Assembly: GCA_964607975.1 (NCBI GenBank)
Contig: CAZSMF010000001.1
Location: forward strand, 4,663-68,662
Origin: an uncultured Campylobacter sp.
GTDB taxonomy: Bacteria; Campylobacterota; Campylobacteria; Campylobacterales; Campylobacteraceae
Reading direction: 5' to 3'
Length of the DNA: 64,000 nucleotides
Under the pieces are notes generated by a model. The model was given only the letters and a program-made list of their open reading frames with translations. It did not search any database and was not told the origin of the DNA. Position numbers and translations under genes: made by a program. This document shows, piece by piece, positions 10,257 through 21,989 of this stretch (positions are counted from its first letter, which is position 1; each line of letters begins with the position of its first letter).

Positions 10257-10845
10257 CTTGTCCAAATATAAAGTCTAAATCCTCTTGCATAAGCTCAGTA
10301 GGGACTTTACCCAGATAAAACTGCACCTTTGAGCCTTTGTTCCAATAATCTTGCAAGCTTTGATACACTCCATTTTTAAAAACCACCTTAAAAGGCAGTT
10401 GTTCCATATTTTGATAGTTAATGTCCTTTAAAATTTGAGCGATAAGCCTAGCATTTTGCGTAGAATTACTGAGAAAATAATACGCCCCATAATCATTAGC
10501 AAACTGCCTCACCACCTCATCACTGACATTTTCAAAATGCGTTAAGCCTATAAGTATGAATTTTTGGGCGTTTTTCCTGTAAAGCTGAGTAAGGTGAGCC
10601 GCTTCTTCTTTACACGGCGCACAAAAAGTGCCAAAAAAGTCTATCATAACGACTTTATCTTCGTTATTTTCTATCACAAAGCCCTTTTTAGCACGGATAA
10701 AAGTCAATTTCTCTCCGTTAATGCTTTGCAAAGTCATCTTTTCGCCAAGTTTATACTCATCAAAAACGAAGTCATTGACAACTTCTTCTTTCGAACACGC
10801 TACAAATACCCATAAACACACACTCAAAGTTAAAATTTGTCTCAT
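10240..10845 (-). CDS. Thioredoxin-like (TlpA-type) lipoprotein, Cj1106-like
   Basis: Lipobox FVAC; [10 protein letters not shown] CxxC motif. Confidence 0.8.
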   Translation of the reverse strand: MRQILTLSVCLWVFVACSKEEVVNDFVFDEYKLGEKMTLQSINGEKLTFIRAKKGFVIENNEDKVVMIDFFGTFCAPCKEEAAHLTQLYRKNAQKFILIGLTHFENVSDEVVRQFANDYGAYYFLSNSTQNARLIAQILKDINYQNMEQLPFKVVFKNGVYQSLQDYWNKGSKVQFYLGKVPTELMQEDLDFIFGQDDAKN

Positions 10846-11294
10846 TTTACCCCTTTCATTGCTGCACGAGCCTCTAAATCGGCTTGTTTTTTCTTTAAGG
10901 CTTCCCTTTTATCGTGGAGCTGTTTGCCTTTTGCGAGGCAAAGCGTGGCTTTTGCTTTGTTTTTAGCGTTAAAATAAAGCTCCAAAACAAGCAAAGTCAG
11001 CCCATCAACGCTTACCTTTCCTAAAAGCTTATCGATTTGCTTTCTGTGCATCAAAAGCTTTCTTGCTCGGCGTTCATCGTGCTTAAAATGCGAATGCGTA
11101 GTGCTTAAATGCGAGATATGAGCGTTGAGTAAGAAAAGTTCGCCCTTGATAATACGCGCAAAGCTGTCTTTTAAATTCGCTCGTCCTGCACGCAAAGCCT
11201 TGACTTCACTGCCTTTAAGCTCTATACCTGCTTCGAATTTTTCAAGTATGGTGTAGTCAAATAAAGCCTTTTTATTTCTAGCAATAATCTTCAT
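10842..11294 (-). CDS. smpB: SsrA-binding protein
   Basis: [22 protein letters not shown] and KLLMHRKQI motifs. Confidence 0.97.
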   Translation of the reverse strand: MKIIARNKKALFDYTILEKFEAGIELKGSEVKALRAGRANLKDSFARIIKGELFLLNAHISHLSTTHSHFKHDERRARKLLMHRKQIDKLLGKVSVDGLTLLVLELYFNAKNKAKATLCLAKGKQLHDKREALKKKQADLEARAAMKGVK

Positions 11295-12052
11295 TCAAGC
11301 ACCTTAAATACGCTACTTCCGCTACCACTTAAAAAGAAATCCTGCTCTAAAAACGCTGACATTTTAGGGTATAAATTTACACAAGGGGTAAATAAATCAT
11401 TCAAAATAGTATTTTTATGCTCCAAAACTTCCTTGCTGCTTAATTTCGCAAAGATTTTTGCCTGTGCTGCGTTTTTTTCAAAATCAAAAACACCCTTGTC
11501 AAATTCCTTATACACCAAGGCTGTGCTGCATTGAATTTGAGGGAAAGTAAATTGTAAATGCGGCACTTCATCATCAAATTCAGCCACAAGCTCACCCGTG
11601 CCGCTGACATTAGCACTTTGATAACCGCTTAAAAAAAAAGGCACATCAGAGCCTAATGCAAAGCCCATTTGCATAAGTTTTTCTTTGGAAATTTTTAAAC
11701 CAAGCTCTTCATTCATCAAAAGCAAAAAACAAGCCGCATCAGAGCTTCCTCCGCCAAGCCCTGCACAAAGAGGAATGTTTTTTTTAAGCACTAAACTATG
11801 TGTTTTAAAGCATTCATCAAGCTCGTTAGAAAAGCCATTTTCACGCAAAAGAGCATAGGCTTTAAAGATGATATTGTCCTCACATTTAAAATCACTTTGC
11901 AGCTCAAAACCTGAATTTTGCTTATCTTTATTCAAAAAAAGCTCATCAAAAAGCGTGTTTATAAGAACGAAACGAGATTGTAAGCAATGATAAAAGCGTT
12001 TGTCAAAGCCTATAAGCTTTAAAAAGATATTGGCTTTTGCAAAGGCTTTCAT
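11291..12052 (-). CDS. ispE: 4-diphosphocytidyl-2-C-methyl-D-erythritol kinase
   Basis: [32 protein letters not shown] and LSGSGSS motifs. Confidence 0.95.
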   Translation of the reverse strand: MKAFAKANIFLKLIGFDKRFYHCLQSRFVLINTLFDELFLNKDKQNSGFELQSDFKCEDNIIFKAYALLRENGFSNELDECFKTHSLVLKKNIPLCAGLGGGSSDAACFLLLMNEELGLKISKEKLMQMGFALGSDVPFFLSGYQSANVSGTGELVAEFDDEVPHLQFTFPQIQCSTALVYKEFDKGVFDFEKNAAQAKIFAKLSSKEVLEHKNTILNDLFTPCVNLYPKMSAFLEQDFFLSGSGSSVFKVLE

Positions 12053-12276
12053 TTTTTAATCTTTTTACTCAAAGTTGCCAAAGAAACATCTTCTTTTTCA
12101 ACTGAGAGTAAATTCTTATCCTTAACATCGTCTATAAGCTCTTTACGCAAGATAAGCAAGGATTTTGGAGCGTCAATGCCTATCTTTACATAACCTTTGG
12201 CGGTTTGGACTATTTTAATCTCTATATCATCGCCGATTTTGACGCTTTCTTCTTCTTTTCTGGATAAAATCAACAT
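12049..12276 (-). CDS. csrA: Carbon storage regulator CsrA
   Basis: [23 protein letters not shown] and ILRKEL motifs. Confidence 0.96.
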   Translation of the reverse strand: MLILSRKEEESVKIGDDIEIKIVQTAKGYVKIGIDAPKSLLILRKELIDDVKDKNLLSVEKEDVSLATLSKKIKK

Positions 12277-13091
12277 TTTGCCACCTTATTTAAAAGATAT
12301 TTTACAACATTATCTTTAACGCTAATAATACTAAAAAATTTTTCATCTTCGATAATAAATTCACCATTTTTTTGAATTTTAAGCTCATTTAATGTGATTT
12401 TCGTGCCGTTTTCAAGTTTTGAATTATCTTTTAAGGCGTTTTTTTCCAAAGCTAAAAAATCCAAAATATTTAAATTTTTCTCATTTTCATACACAAATTT
12501 ACCCTCGCTTAATCTTTCAAGAGAACTCAAAGTCGCATTAACGCCTAGTTTTTGAGCTAGAATTTCACAATAAGAACGAACATAAGCCCCCTCGCTCACG
12601 CTTAATCTCAAAGTCAAAAAAGGGTGATTATAATGCACAATTTGACTTGAAAAAATTTGCATTTGGCATTCTTTAAGCGGCGCTTGTTCTCCTCTTTTGG
12701 CAAATTCATACGCCCTTTTGCCCTTAATGCGTTTGGCGCTAAATTGCGGCGGGGTAAAGGTGATTGTGCCTGAAAGTTCTTGTATAATTTTGGCTAAATC
12801 CTCAAATTTAAAGGCTGGTATTAGCCTTGTTTGAATGATGTTTTTATCATCAAAGCTTAAAGATTTTACGCCCAGCCAAATAGTCGCCTCATACATTTTT
12901 GGCACTTTATTTAAAAAGCGAAAAAGACGGGTAAAATTGTTAAAAGCGATGATTAAAACACCCTTTGCAAAAGGATCAAGCGTGCCAGAATACCCCGCCT
13001 TTTTCACCCCGTATTTTTTCTTAATGCTTTGCAAAAAGGCATTTGAGCTTATATTGCTTGGTTTGTAAGCGACAAAAATTCTATTCATCAT
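12270..13091 (-). CDS. truB: tRNA pseudouridine-55 synthase
   Basis: [18 protein letters not shown] and SEGAYVRS motifs. Confidence 0.94.
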   Translation of the reverse strand: MMNRIFVAYKPSNISSNAFLQSIKKKYGVKKAGYSGTLDPFAKGVLIIAFNNFTRLFRFLNKVPKMYEATIWLGVKSLSFDDKNIIQTRLIPAFKFEDLAKIIQELSGTITFTPPQFSAKRIKGKRAYEFAKRGEQAPLKECQMQIFSSQIVHYNHPFLTLRLSVSEGAYVRSYCEILAQKLGVNATLSSLERLSEGKFVYENEKNLNILDFLALEKNALKDNSKLENGTKITLNELKIQKNGEFIIEDEKFFSIISVKDNVVKYLLNKVAKC

Positions 13092-15142
13092 TTTACTTTT
13101 TCTAAAAATCCAGCCAACAAAGTCCGCTCTATACCGCCAAAATTCACAGCGATTTTTTCACCTTTTTTATCCACTCCAATCACCCGCCCTATGCCAAAAA
13201 TTTTATGTTTGACTAGGTCTGCTTTTTTAAAATTTTTATCCTCATCAGCTTGATTTTGCTCACAATTTATCTCTTTTAAAAAGCGACTTTTTTTCAAATC
13301 ATCACTCCTGCTTCCACGATAAAAGCGTGAATTTGCACGGCTTAAAAAGAGTTGTTTTTTCGCTCTTGTTATGGCAACATAAGCAAGTCGCCTCTCCTCC
13401 TCATAGTCTGTATCCTCATTCATAATAGGAAAAAAGCCATCTTCAAGCCCCACTATAAACACCGCATCAAATTCAAGTCCCTTACTTGCGTGTATGCTCA
13501 TCAAATACACACACTCGCCCTCGACATTGTCTTGTTCGCTTTGCAAGGAGATTTCATTGAGGAGCTCGTTGATATTAGCGATTTGCCCCTCATCAGCCCT
13601 TTCTTTGACATTGGCATAAAACTCGTCAATATTTCTCACCCTATCATCGCCCTCAACGCTGTTTTTGTAAAATTCTTTAAGCTTAATCTTCTTTTCAAAT
13701 TCATTAAGCAAAACACCCACTTCATCAATTTGACTTAATTCCTCGATATTTTGGATAAAAAGAACAAGTTCTTTATCAAGCTTTGTGCTAAAAAAGCCCG
13801 TTCCTTGCACAGCACATAAAGCCTCAAAAAGCGATAAATTCATAGTCTTTGCATAATTTTCAAGCTTGTTTAAACTCGTATCGCCAAAGGCTCTTTTGGG
13901 TTTGTTGATAATGCGTTTGAAAGAAAAATCATCGTTGTGATTGAGTAAAAATCTAAGATAAGCAATGATGTCTTTGATTTCTGCTCTTTCATAAAAACGC
14001 ATTCCGCTTAAAATTTTAAAAGGAATTTTAGCCTTCATCAAGGCTTCTTCAAGGAAGCGAGAAAGGGCATTAACGCGGTATAAAATGGCTATTTCATTGG
14101 GTTTAATCCCCTCTTTTAAAAGCTTTTGAATGCAAGTAGCTATGCTTTGTCCTTCTTCTTTTTCGTTAAAATGTTCTAAAATTTGTAAATTTTCGCCTCT
14201 TTCTTTGGTAGAAATAAGCATCTTGCCAAGTCTTTTTGTATTGTGAGCAATCAAAGCATTTGCAGCGTCTAAAATCATCTTTGTGGAGCGGTAATTATGC
14301 TCTAATTTAACCAAATTCACATTGTGAAATTGATGCTTGAAATTTAAGATATTTTCAATCTTTGCCCCACGCCACGCATAAATACTTTGATCATCATCGC
14401 CCACAACGCAAATATTTTCGTGTATCATACAAAGCTTTTTTAGAATTTGATACTGCAATTCATTGGTGTCTTGATACTCATCAACCATTATGTAGCGGTA
14501 TTTTTCGCTTTGTTCTTTGGCAAAATTCGCATCATCATTTAAAATATGATAAGTAAGTAATAATAAATCATCAAAATCCACAAAATTATGCTTTAACAAA
14601 AACTCTTGATAAGCCTTGTAGTATTGTGCCATTTTCTCAAATCTTTCCCTGTCTTGTCCTTGCAAAAAATCAAGCTCTTTAAAGACATCATCAACCGAAG
14701 ATAAGTCATTTTTAAAGCTTGAAATGTTTGCAAGTATGGTTGAAGCGGGTGTTTTTTCATACTCACTCATCAAGCCTTTGAGAATTTTTTTCATATCATC
14801 AGTGTCGATGATGATAAAATCATTCTTTCGCCCAAGTCTTTCTATGTAAAGCCTTAAAAACAAAAGCCCAAATTTGTGAAAAGTGCAGAGTAAAGGATTG
14901 TGCGAGGCGTTATTTTGAAGCAAATTCAAAGCCCTTGTCCGCATAGAAGCGGCGGCTTTATTGGTAAAAGTGAGCGTAAGCGTATTTGTCGCTGGAATGC
15001 CCACCTCATCGATGAGATAAGCAAGTCTTGTGGTAATAGTCTTTGTCTTACCGCTACCCGCACCAGCTAAAATCAGCATAGCCCCGTCTATGTGCGAAAC
15101 CGCCTGTGCTTGTGCCTCGTTTAAACCCTTAAATAAACTCAT
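13088..15142 (-). CDS. uvrD: UvrD/PcrA/Rep SF1 helicase
   Basis: [45 protein letters not shown] and [13 protein letters not shown] motifs. Confidence 0.95.
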   Translation of the reverse strand: MSLFKGLNEAQAQAVSHIDGAMLILAGAGSGKTKTITTRLAYLIDEVGIPATNTLTLTFTNKAAASMRTRALNLLQNNASHNPLLCTFHKFGLLFLRLYIERLGRKNDFIIIDTDDMKKILKGLMSEYEKTPASTILANISSFKNDLSSVDDVFKELDFLQGQDRERFEKMAQYYKAYQEFLLKHNFVDFDDLLLLTYHILNDDANFAKEQSEKYRYIMVDEYQDTNELQYQILKKLCMIHENICVVGDDDQSIYAWRGAKIENILNFKHQFHNVNLVKLEHNYRSTKMILDAANALIAHNTKRLGKMLISTKERGENLQILEHFNEKEEGQSIATCIQKLLKEGIKPNEIAILYRVNALSRFLEEALMKAKIPFKILSGMRFYERAEIKDIIAYLRFLLNHNDDFSFKRIINKPKRAFGDTSLNKLENYAKTMNLSLFEALCAVQGTGFFSTKLDKELVLFIQNIEELSQIDEVGVLLNEFEKKIKLKEFYKNSVEGDDRVRNIDEFYANVKERADEGQIANINELLNEISLQSEQDNVEGECVYLMSIHASKGLEFDAVFIVGLEDGFFPIMNEDTDYEEERRLAYVAITRAKKQLFLSRANSRFYRGSRSDDLKKSRFLKEINCEQNQADEDKNFKKADLVKHKIFGIGRVIGVDKKGEKIAVNFGGIERTLLAGFLEKVK

Positions 15143-15579
15143 TTTTTAAGGCTGTCTTTATTGTTTGGATTTTTTAAAAAAACATTCATTGAATTTTGCG
15201 TCAATTTATCCTCATCAATCCTATCATAAAGGCTAAAATTCACAAAAATCAAGTCATTTTCCACCTGAATTTGCTTAATCGCTCCTAAATCAATACTCAC
15301 AAAGGTGGCAAAATCATTGGGACCAAAACCAGCGTGAAAGTCTATCCTGTCGCCGTGAAGTTCTAGGCTGTCAAAGGTATAACCAGCCAAAGCGAACAAA
15401 GCAAGGGGATTTTTGCTGGGATTTAAATCATCGGGCAAAGACGGAGCGTAGCTTACAAATTGAGTATCTGCTACAACGCAAAATTCAACCCTTAACTCAA
15501 TGAGCCTTTTAATCACCTCATAACAATGCTCTTGCATAGTTTGTATAAATCTTTTATCACCCAAAATTTGTTCTATCAT
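15139..15579 (-). CDS. Conserved Campylobacter hypothetical protein (Cj1100-like)
   Basis: FALAGYTF and FHAGFG motifs; position between pepF and uvrD. Confidence 0.75.
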   Translation of the reverse strand: MIEQILGDKRFIQTMQEHCYEVIKRLIELRVEFCVVADTQFVSYAPSLPDDLNPSKNPLALFALAGYTFDSLELHGDRIDFHAGFGPNDFATFVSIDLGAIKQIQVENDLIFVNFSLYDRIDEDKLTQNSMNVFLKNPNNKDSLKK

Positions 15580-15621
15580 TTTTGCTCCTTATTTGCACCA
15601 AAAATAGCAAGTTATAAAAAC

Positions 15622-17334
15622 TCATCTTAACGCCAAAAACTCGCCGACAAGTTTTTCTATTTCTTTTATGCCAAATTGCCAAAAATTCTTATCCTCTATA
15701 TCAAAGCCAAAAAGCCCAACAAGTTCTTTTGGACTTTTGCTACCACCAAGGCTAAGCATTTTAAGATAATTTTCTTTGAAATTCTTTGATTTGCCGCTTT
15801 TATGCAGCCCGTAAAGGGCTAAAACTAAAAGTTGAGCGTAAGCATAAGCGTAGCAGTAAAATGGCGTGTGTATGAAATGCGGGATATAACTCCACCACAA
15901 AGCATAATCTTTGCTAAGTTTGACGCTTTTTCCAAACATTTTTTTGCTCTCTTTAAGCCAAATTTGGCTGATTTGTTCCGTGCTTAACTCGCCCTCATAA
16001 GCGTGAATGGCTCTTTCAAAGGTGGTGAAATTGATTTGCCTGTAAAGAGTGGCAAAAATATCTTCAAGTTTTGCAGCGTAAAGCCCTATGAGTTCGTCTT
16101 TTTTAAGCTGTTTTTTGGTATAGTCAAAAACAAGCATTTCAGCAAAGACAGAAGCCGTTTCAGCTGTGGTTAAAGGCGTATCTTGGTTAAGAAAGCTCAC
16201 CTTGTAGCTTAATTTTTGATGAATGGCGTGTCCTAACTCGTGAGCTAGGGTAAATAAATCCCGCCTCGTGCCTGTGAAATTAAGCATTACATAAGGGTGT
16301 GCCTCGCTCACAGCAGAGTGTGAAAACGCCCCGCCTTGCTTGTATTCTTTTGGATACACATCTATCCAATCCTTATCAAAGGCTTCTTTGGCTATATCAG
16401 CAAATTCACTAGAAAAAGCTTTAAAGGCTTTAAGGACTATGTCTTGGGCTTGTTTATAGCTTAATTTAATATCCTTGCCTATGGGAGCGTATCTATCATA
16501 ATCTTTAAGGCTTTTAAGCCCCAAAATTTGTCTTTTCCTTTCATAAAAGGTGCTGACTAAATGAAAGTTTTTTTCGCTAGTAGCGATGAGAGAATCCACA
16601 CTGATTTGCGAAATTTGATTGCTTATATGTCTTGGCTCTTCGGCGTTTTTATAGCCTCGCAACAAGCTTATATTTTTTCTCTCACTTTTTATCATATTTA
16701 AAATGTAAGTTAAAAGCGGGGCGTTATTTTTCAATACCTTGCTGAAATTTTTGGCTGCTTTTTGCCGAATTTTTGGCTTTGCGTTGTAAAGTTTGCTTAA
16801 AATTTCTTCCTCGCTTAATATTTTATCCCCAAAAGGCACTTTCAAGCGGCTCATCGTCTCATCAAAAAGCCTTGAAAATGCGTTCGCACCTGTGCTTGAA
16901 AGATAAAGCATAATGCGTTCTTCTTTTTTGCTTAAATTATGCTTTTTATTTTTCATAATCTTTTCTATGTAAAAGCCGTATTCTTGGCATTCTTTAATGC
17001 AAAGTTGAGCCTTTTTCTCCTCAAATTCACTTAATTCTAGCTCAAAAAAGAGTATATTTTCCTCAATCTTTTTGCACTCTTGCTCGAATTTAGCGTAATT
17101 TGCACCCCTTGTTGTGTTTTGAGCAAAGCACAAATAAGCATAAGTCATTATTTTAGCCACGCTCATAGCGATTTGCTCGAATTCTTTAAGGGCGTTTTGA
17201 AATTGGCTCAATGAAAGCGTGGCAAGTTTGTTCTCATAATCTTGCCTAAATCGTTGTGAATTCTCTTGACAAGCCTTTAAATAAGCATTTGCTTCTTTTT
17301 CGTCTTTAAATAAATCTTTTAAATTCCATTGCAT
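15622..17334 (-). CDS. pepF: Oligoendopeptidase F (M3 family)
   Basis: HELGH zinc motif, AETAS, WSYIPHF and FYCYAY. Confidence 0.93.
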   Translation of the reverse strand: MQWNLKDLFKDEKEANAYLKACQENSQRFRQDYENKLATLSLSQFQNALKEFEQIAMSVAKIMTYAYLCFAQNTTRGANYAKFEQECKKIEENILFFELELSEFEEKKAQLCIKECQEYGFYIEKIMKNKKHNLSKKEERIMLYLSSTGANAFSRLFDETMSRLKVPFGDKILSEEEILSKLYNAKPKIRQKAAKNFSKVLKNNAPLLTYILNMIKSERKNISLLRGYKNAEEPRHISNQISQISVDSLIATSEKNFHLVSTFYERKRQILGLKSLKDYDRYAPIGKDIKLSYKQAQDIVLKAFKAFSSEFADIAKEAFDKDWIDVYPKEYKQGGAFSHSAVSEAHPYVMLNFTGTRRDLFTLAHELGHAIHQKLSYKVSFLNQDTPLTTAETASVFAEMLVFDYTKKQLKKDELIGLYAAKLEDIFATLYRQINFTTFERAIHAYEGELSTEQISQIWLKESKKMFGKSVKLSKDYALWWSYIPHFIHTPFYCYAYAYAQLLVLALYGLHKSGKSKNFKENYLKMLSLGGSKSPKELVGLFGFDIEDKNFWQFGIKEIEKLVGEFLALR

Positions 17335-17336
17335 TT

Positions 17337-18224
17337 TTATTCTCCTTCGTTTTCTAAAATGAGTTTTTTAAGGGCTGCCATTCTTATGGCAACGCCGTGT
17401 TTGACTTGCTTTAAAATCAAACTTCGCTCATCGGCTAATAGCTCATCGCTAATGTCTATATTTCTATGCACAGGACCCGGATGTAAAATAATCACTTTTT
17501 TATCCTTAATACGCTCTTTGCTAATGCAAAAATCACTCGCATAATCTTGCAAAGAGCCATACATTTGATTTTCGTGCCTTTCAGTTTGCGTCCTTAAACT
17601 CATAATAATATCAGCCTCAGCAATGCCCTCTTCAAGCTTGTAGCATTTTGGTAGGTTGATATTTGGCATAAAATGCGGTGGGGCGACTAAAATGAGCTTT
17701 AAGCCAAAACGAGTTAAAAGCTCGATATTTGAAGCTGCCACACGAGAATTTTTAATATCGCCCACTATGATGAGCTTTTTACCCTCAATATCGCCTTTAA
17801 AGTGCTTTTTTATGGTAAATAAATCAAGCAAAGCCTGTGTAGGGTGGGCGTGTTTGCCATCTCCTCCGTTTAAAACAGGGCAATGCACATATTCAGCAAG
17901 TTTAAACGGCACACCACTTCGAGCGTGTCTCATCACAATGGCACTTGGACCCATAGCGTCTAAATTTGCTGCTGTATCATAAAGGGTTTCGCCCTTGCTT
18001 GAACTACTACGAGAAACATCAAGGCGTAAAACCTTAGCGTCAAGGCGTTTTGCAGCAGTTTCAAAAGATGAAAGTGTGCGAGTGGAATTTTCAAAAAAAA
18101 TAGTCGTTACACTCTTGCCTTGAAGCAAAGTTCTTGGCTTTTCGTCCAAAAAATCCTCTGCATCTTTAAAAAGGGCTAACACTTCATTATTGCTTAAATC
18201 TTTGGTTGTGATAAGATGTCTCAT
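17337..18224 (-). CDS. pyrB: Aspartate carbamoyltransferase catalytic subunit
   Basis: [25 protein letters not shown] and HPGP motifs. Confidence 0.97.
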   Translation of the reverse strand: MRHLITTKDLSNNEVLALFKDAEDFLDEKPRTLLQGKSVTTIFFENSTRTLSSFETAAKRLDAKVLRLDVSRSSSSKGETLYDTAANLDAMGPSAIVMRHARSGVPFKLAEYVHCPVLNGGDGKHAHPTQALLDLFTIKKHFKGDIEGKKLIIVGDIKNSRVAASNIELLTRFGLKLILVAPPHFMPNINLPKCYKLEEGIAEADIIMSLRTQTERHENQMYGSLQDYASDFCISKERIKDKKVIILHPGPVHRNIDISDELLADERSLILKQVKHGVAIRMAALKKLILENEGE

Positions 18225-18343
18225 TGTGTCCTTCTTGTTTTTGAGCCAAATTTTAGCAAATTTTGGGTAAAATTATCATTTAAATTAGTGAAAAGTGAAG
18301 CAAAAAATCAAACACTTTTTAACGCCAATTTTTAAGGATTGTA

Positions 18344-19342
18344 ATGCAAGCACAGCCCTCACTTTTTGAGCCAAATTTATTAAGTGATGTAAAAAAGCTT
18401 GATTTAAAAGAGCGATTTTTGCATTCTTTAAGGGGTAAAAATTTGCATTATAAGCGTTATACCAAATCCCCACTTCGCTATGGTGGGGGCAAGAGCCTTG
18501 CTGTGGGGCTTATCATAGAGCATTTTCCAAATGACATTAAAAGAGTGATTTCGCCCTTTATGGGTGGGGGCAGCGTGGAAATAGCCTGTGCTTTGGAGCT
18601 TGATTTAAAAGTCATCGCCTTTGATATTTTTGATATTTTGGTGAATTTTTGGCAGGTTTTTATAAAAGATTCTAAAAGCCTCTATGAAGCCCTTTTAAAG
18701 TTAGAGCCTACAAAACAGCAATATGAAATGATAAAAAACGAGCTTAAAGACTTTTGGAATGAAAGGCATAAAAATGCTTTAAATGCCCCTAAAATCACGC
18801 TAGATTCTATCACTTTGGCAAGGGATTATTATTTTAACTTTAATTTAAGCTATGGACCCGGATTTCTAGGCTGGATGAGTAAGATTTATGAGGATAAAAA
18901 CCGCTATATCAATGCTTTAAAAAAGCTAAAACAAATAGGGCAAGATTTGAAATTGCAAAATTTAAGCGTAAAGTGTGAGGGCTTTGAGAAAGTGTTTGCA
19001 AAATACCCAAACGACTTTTTCTACTGCGACCCGCCATATTTTCTAACAGGCGATAGCAAAATGTTTAAGGGCATTTATCCTATGCGAAATTTCCCCATTC
19101 ACCACAACAGCTTTAATCACCTGCTTTTAAGCAAGTGTCTTAAAAATCACAAGGGCAAATTCATACTTTCTTACAATGACTGCGAGTTTGTAAGGGAGGC
19201 TTATAAGGATTATAAGATTTTAGAGCCAAGTTGGCAATACACTATGGGACAGGGTGAAACGAGAATTGGCAAAAACCGCATTCAAAGAAATGATAATACA
19301 AATATCAAAAACAGCCACGAGTTGTTAATAATAAAGGAGTGA
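18344..19342 (+). CDS. Dam/D12-class N6-adenine DNA methyltransferase
   Basis: SPLRYGGGKS, SPFMGGGSV (SAM binding), DPPY catalytic motif, FILSYND and ELLI. Confidence 0.92.
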   Translation: MQAQPSLFEPNLLSDVKKLDLKERFLHSLRGKNLHYKRYTKSPLRYGGGKSLAVGLIIEHFPNDIKRVISPFMGGGSVEIACALELDLKVIAFDIFDILVNFWQVFIKDSKSLYEALLKLEPTKQQYEMIKNELKDFWNERHKNALNAPKITLDSITLARDYYFNFNLSYGPGFLGWMSKIYEDKNRYINALKKLKQIGQDLKLQNLSVKCEGFEKVFAKYPNDFFYCDPPYFLTGDSKMFKGIYPMRNFPIHHNSFNHLLLSKCLKNHKGKFILSYNDCEFVREAYKDYKILEPSWQYTMGQGETRIGKNRIQRNDNTNIKNSHELLIIKE

Positions 19343-19344
19343 GA

Positions 19345-19623
19345 ATGAAAATAAGCGAAGTGAAAACGGCTTTTAAGATAGCTGATGTGGAATTTGTGCA
19401 AGGTTGCACGAGGCTAAATTTTAACTATTTAAAAGAGTTAAAAGATGAAAATGGCAAAGCTTTACCGCAAAGCATTTTAACGAGTAATGTCGCAAGGGTT
19501 TATCTTATCGTTGTAAATGGTGAGATTAAAAAATTGGCGGAAGCAGGAGACGAACACGCCCAGCTTCTTAAAAATAGCTCCTTGCGAGAAAAAAATGTCA
19601 AAAGAAAAGAAGTGAAAAGATAA
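19345..19623 (+). pseudogene. Decayed GIY-YIG (Hpy188I-like) restriction endonuclease
   Basis: RVYLIVVNGEIK followed by an A6 run at 19528-19533; adding one A restores KIGGS (VY-x9-KIG spacing as in Hpy188I); too short to hold the downstream catalytic residues; AAGGAG RBS overlaps the MTase stop. Confidence 0.7.
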
Positions 19624-19627
19624 AGCC

Positions 19628-20596
19628 TTAAAGCCAAGTCATAAATTCATCAAGCTTTATGTGTTTAGAGTATAAATATGGACGCAAAAGCTTTGGAATT
19701 TGTGCTTTTCGGTAAAATTCTTTGTGAATTTTGGGGATTTTTTCGCATTTTACATACTCAAAAATCAAAGCCTTCTGCCCCATTTTCACCACGCCCACCT
19801 TGCCAGAGACTACTATATCGCCCTTTTCTAGCTCTTTTCTTTGCTTTGCACTCATCACAACACCCTTTTTTTTCACCGCCCTTGCGATAAGGCTTTCATT
19901 AAAAGCACATTTTAAAATGCCCTCAAATTCAGCCAATTCATCGTCAAACAAAGCCTTTGCGTCTTTTTCAAGGTAGGCAAAACTTTTCGCCACGCCCCTA
20001 TGAAATTCCTGCATAAAAGGCGTAGCAAAATGTTTTCTAAAAAAATTCCGCTGATACTGCTCGTTTTCATTGCTTTCATCATTAAAAAATAAAATGTTTT
20101 TTTTCTCTAAAAAGTCTAAAATTTCAGCTTTTGAATGATTTAAAAAGGGACGAATAAGCGTAAATTTAGCTCTTTTTTCAAGCTCTTTCATTCCCAAAAG
20201 CTCCAAAACCCCAGCCCCACGAGCAAACTGCCTTAAAAACCACTCAAATCTATCATTTAAATGCTGTGCCACAAGCACATTTTCATAGGCAAATTCCTCA
20301 CAAATTTTGGCAAAAAATTCATAGCGAAAAGCCCTTGCTTTATTTTGAAAATCGCTCTTAAAATTTAAAGCCTTTTTGATGAAAATTTTTTTGCCAAATT
20401 CTTGGGCTAACTTTCTTGCTTCTTGCTCCTCCTCATCGCTTTGTGGGCGTTTTTTGTAATTTACCATCGCCAAATCAAAGCTAATGCCCTTTTCTAAAAG
20501 CGTGTAAAATAAAGCCGTGCTGTCGCTTCCATAAGAAAAAGCGAGTAAATTTTTCCCTTTTTTTAAACGCTTTACAAGCTTTTCACTCAAACGCAT
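19628..20596 (-). CDS. tilS: tRNA(Ile)-lysidine synthase
   Basis: [10 protein letters not shown]-loop, ARAFRY, AQHLND, LIRPFL and DESN motifs. Confidence 0.93.
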   Translation of the reverse strand: MRLSEKLVKRLKKGKNLLAFSYGSDSTALFYTLLEKGISFDLAMVNYKKRPQSDEEEQEARKLAQEFGKKIFIKKALNFKSDFQNKARAFRYEFFAKICEEFAYENVLVAQHLNDRFEWFLRQFARGAGVLELLGMKELEKRAKFTLIRPFLNHSKAEILDFLEKKNILFFNDESNENEQYQRNFFRKHFATPFMQEFHRGVAKSFAYLEKDAKALFDDELAEFEGILKCAFNESLIARAVKKKGVVMSAKQRKELEKGDIVVSGKVGVVKMGQKALIFEYVKCEKIPKIHKEFYRKAQIPKLLRPYLYSKHIKLDEFMTWL

Positions 20597-21902
20597 TTTT
20601 CTGCCTTAACGCTGTGGCGATGAGCTTTTTATCCACACTTTGCGTGATGAGGCATTCATAAATTTTACCCTGTTCTAAACGCCCACACTCGCTTTCATTG
20701 ATGAGAATTTCACCATCAATGTCCCTGTCCCAAAGCAAATCCTTTCCAGCGATGAAAAATTCACCCTCACTGCTTACGCCCGTGCAAACTACCGCACGGA
20801 CTTTTCCTACTTGCTTTGAAAAGCTTTGTTCTATTTTTTTATCCACGATTTTTTCTATGATTTTAAGCCTTGAATTTATGGTTTTGCTTGGAATTTGAGG
20901 CATTAAAAACGCCTTTGTGTCCTCTTCTTTTGAATAGCCAAAAACGCTTATTCTATCGAAATTAAACTCCAAAATAAACTCACAAAGTGCTTTAAAATCG
21001 CTCTCATCTTCTTCTGGGTGTCCTACTATAAAGCCCGTGCGTAAAAAGCTCTCATTGGCATTTTGCATTAAATTTAAAAGCTTGATAAAATGCTTTTTTT
21101 CTCCTCTTTTCATCACTTTAAGCATTTTATCGCTACTATGTTGCAAAGGCATATCAAAATAATTCACAAAAACGCTTGAAGCGATGATTCTTTTAATGAG
21201 CCTTTCGCTCGTGCTTGTGGGGTAAAGATACAAAATTCGAGCCGCCTTAACGCCCTTTATCTTTTCAATCTCCTCAATCAGCAAAAGCAATCCGTCCCTT
21301 TGCCCCTCGTCCAAAAGATAGGAGCTGCTATCTTGTGCTATGAAAGAAAAGTCGAAAAATCCTTGCTTTACAAGCTTTTCTACCTCTGCGACAATGCTTT
21401 TTAAGGGGCGTGAGCGGAGTTTTCCCTTAAAAGTAGGTATGGCACAAAAGCTGCATTGCTGATTACAGCCCTCAGCGATTTTCACAAAGGCGTGTGAATT
21501 TGAGCCTGTGATGATTCTTTTCGTGTCCTCATTTTGCAAATATGTAGAAGTTGAAAATAAATTCTGCCTTTTTAAAATCAGCTCATCAATGCGTTCAAAA
21601 TCGCTAGTTCCCGTAAATAAATCAACCTCCGGCAAGGCTTTGATAAGCTCGTCTTTATACCGCTGCATCAAACAGCCCGTAACCACGAGCAAAGAGCCTT
21701 TTTTGCGTTCATTATGCAAGGCTAAAATACTGCTAATGCTTTCTTCTTTGGCACTTTTGATAAAGCCGCAGGTATTGACTATCAACACATCAGCCTCGCA
21801 AGGCTCATTAACAATGGCATAATTTTCAAGGCGTCCAAGCATAATTTCACTATCGACTAAATTTTTATTGCATCCTAATGACTGCAAATAAAGTTTTGGC
21901 AT
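20583..21902 (-). CDS. rimO: Ribosomal protein S12 methylthiotransferase
   Basis: [18 protein letters not shown], CxxxCxxC ([10 protein letters not shown]) and C-terminal TRAM domain. Confidence 0.96.
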   Translation of the reverse strand: MPKLYLQSLGCNKNLVDSEIMLGRLENYAIVNEPCEADVLIVNTCGFIKSAKEESISSILALHNERKKGSLLVVTGCLMQRYKDELIKALPEVDLFTGTSDFERIDELILKRQNLFSTSTYLQNEDTKRIITGSNSHAFVKIAEGCNQQCSFCAIPTFKGKLRSRPLKSIVAEVEKLVKQGFFDFSFIAQDSSSYLLDEGQRDGLLLLIEEIEKIKGVKAARILYLYPTSTSERLIKRIIASSVFVNYFDMPLQHSSDKMLKVMKRGEKKHFIKLLNLMQNANESFLRTGFIVGHPEEDESDFKALCEFILEFNFDRISVFGYSKEEDTKAFLMPQIPSKTINSRLKIIEKIVDKKIEQSFSKQVGKVRAVVCTGVSSEGEFFIAGKDLLWDRDIDGEILINESECGRLEQGKIYECLITQSVDKKLIATALRQKNAFE

Positions 21903-21949
21903 AGTTTTCCTTAAATTTTTATTTTTAAATTTAGATTAAAGCTAAAATT

Positions 21950-21958
21950 TGCTACAAT
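21950..21958 (+). promoter_or_regulatory. Extended -10 promoter for prfB
   Basis: TGcTACAAT about 31 nt before the ATG. Confidence 0.55.
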
Positions 21959-21989
21959 TTGAAATTATATCAAAAAATAGTAGAAATTT

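Noticed and set aside
11631-11639. A9 run in ispE (also A8 in pyrB near 18093 and T9 before dut at 45877-45885) as phase-variation sites
   Set aside because: Frames are intact in essential genes, and such runs are expected in AT-rich DNA
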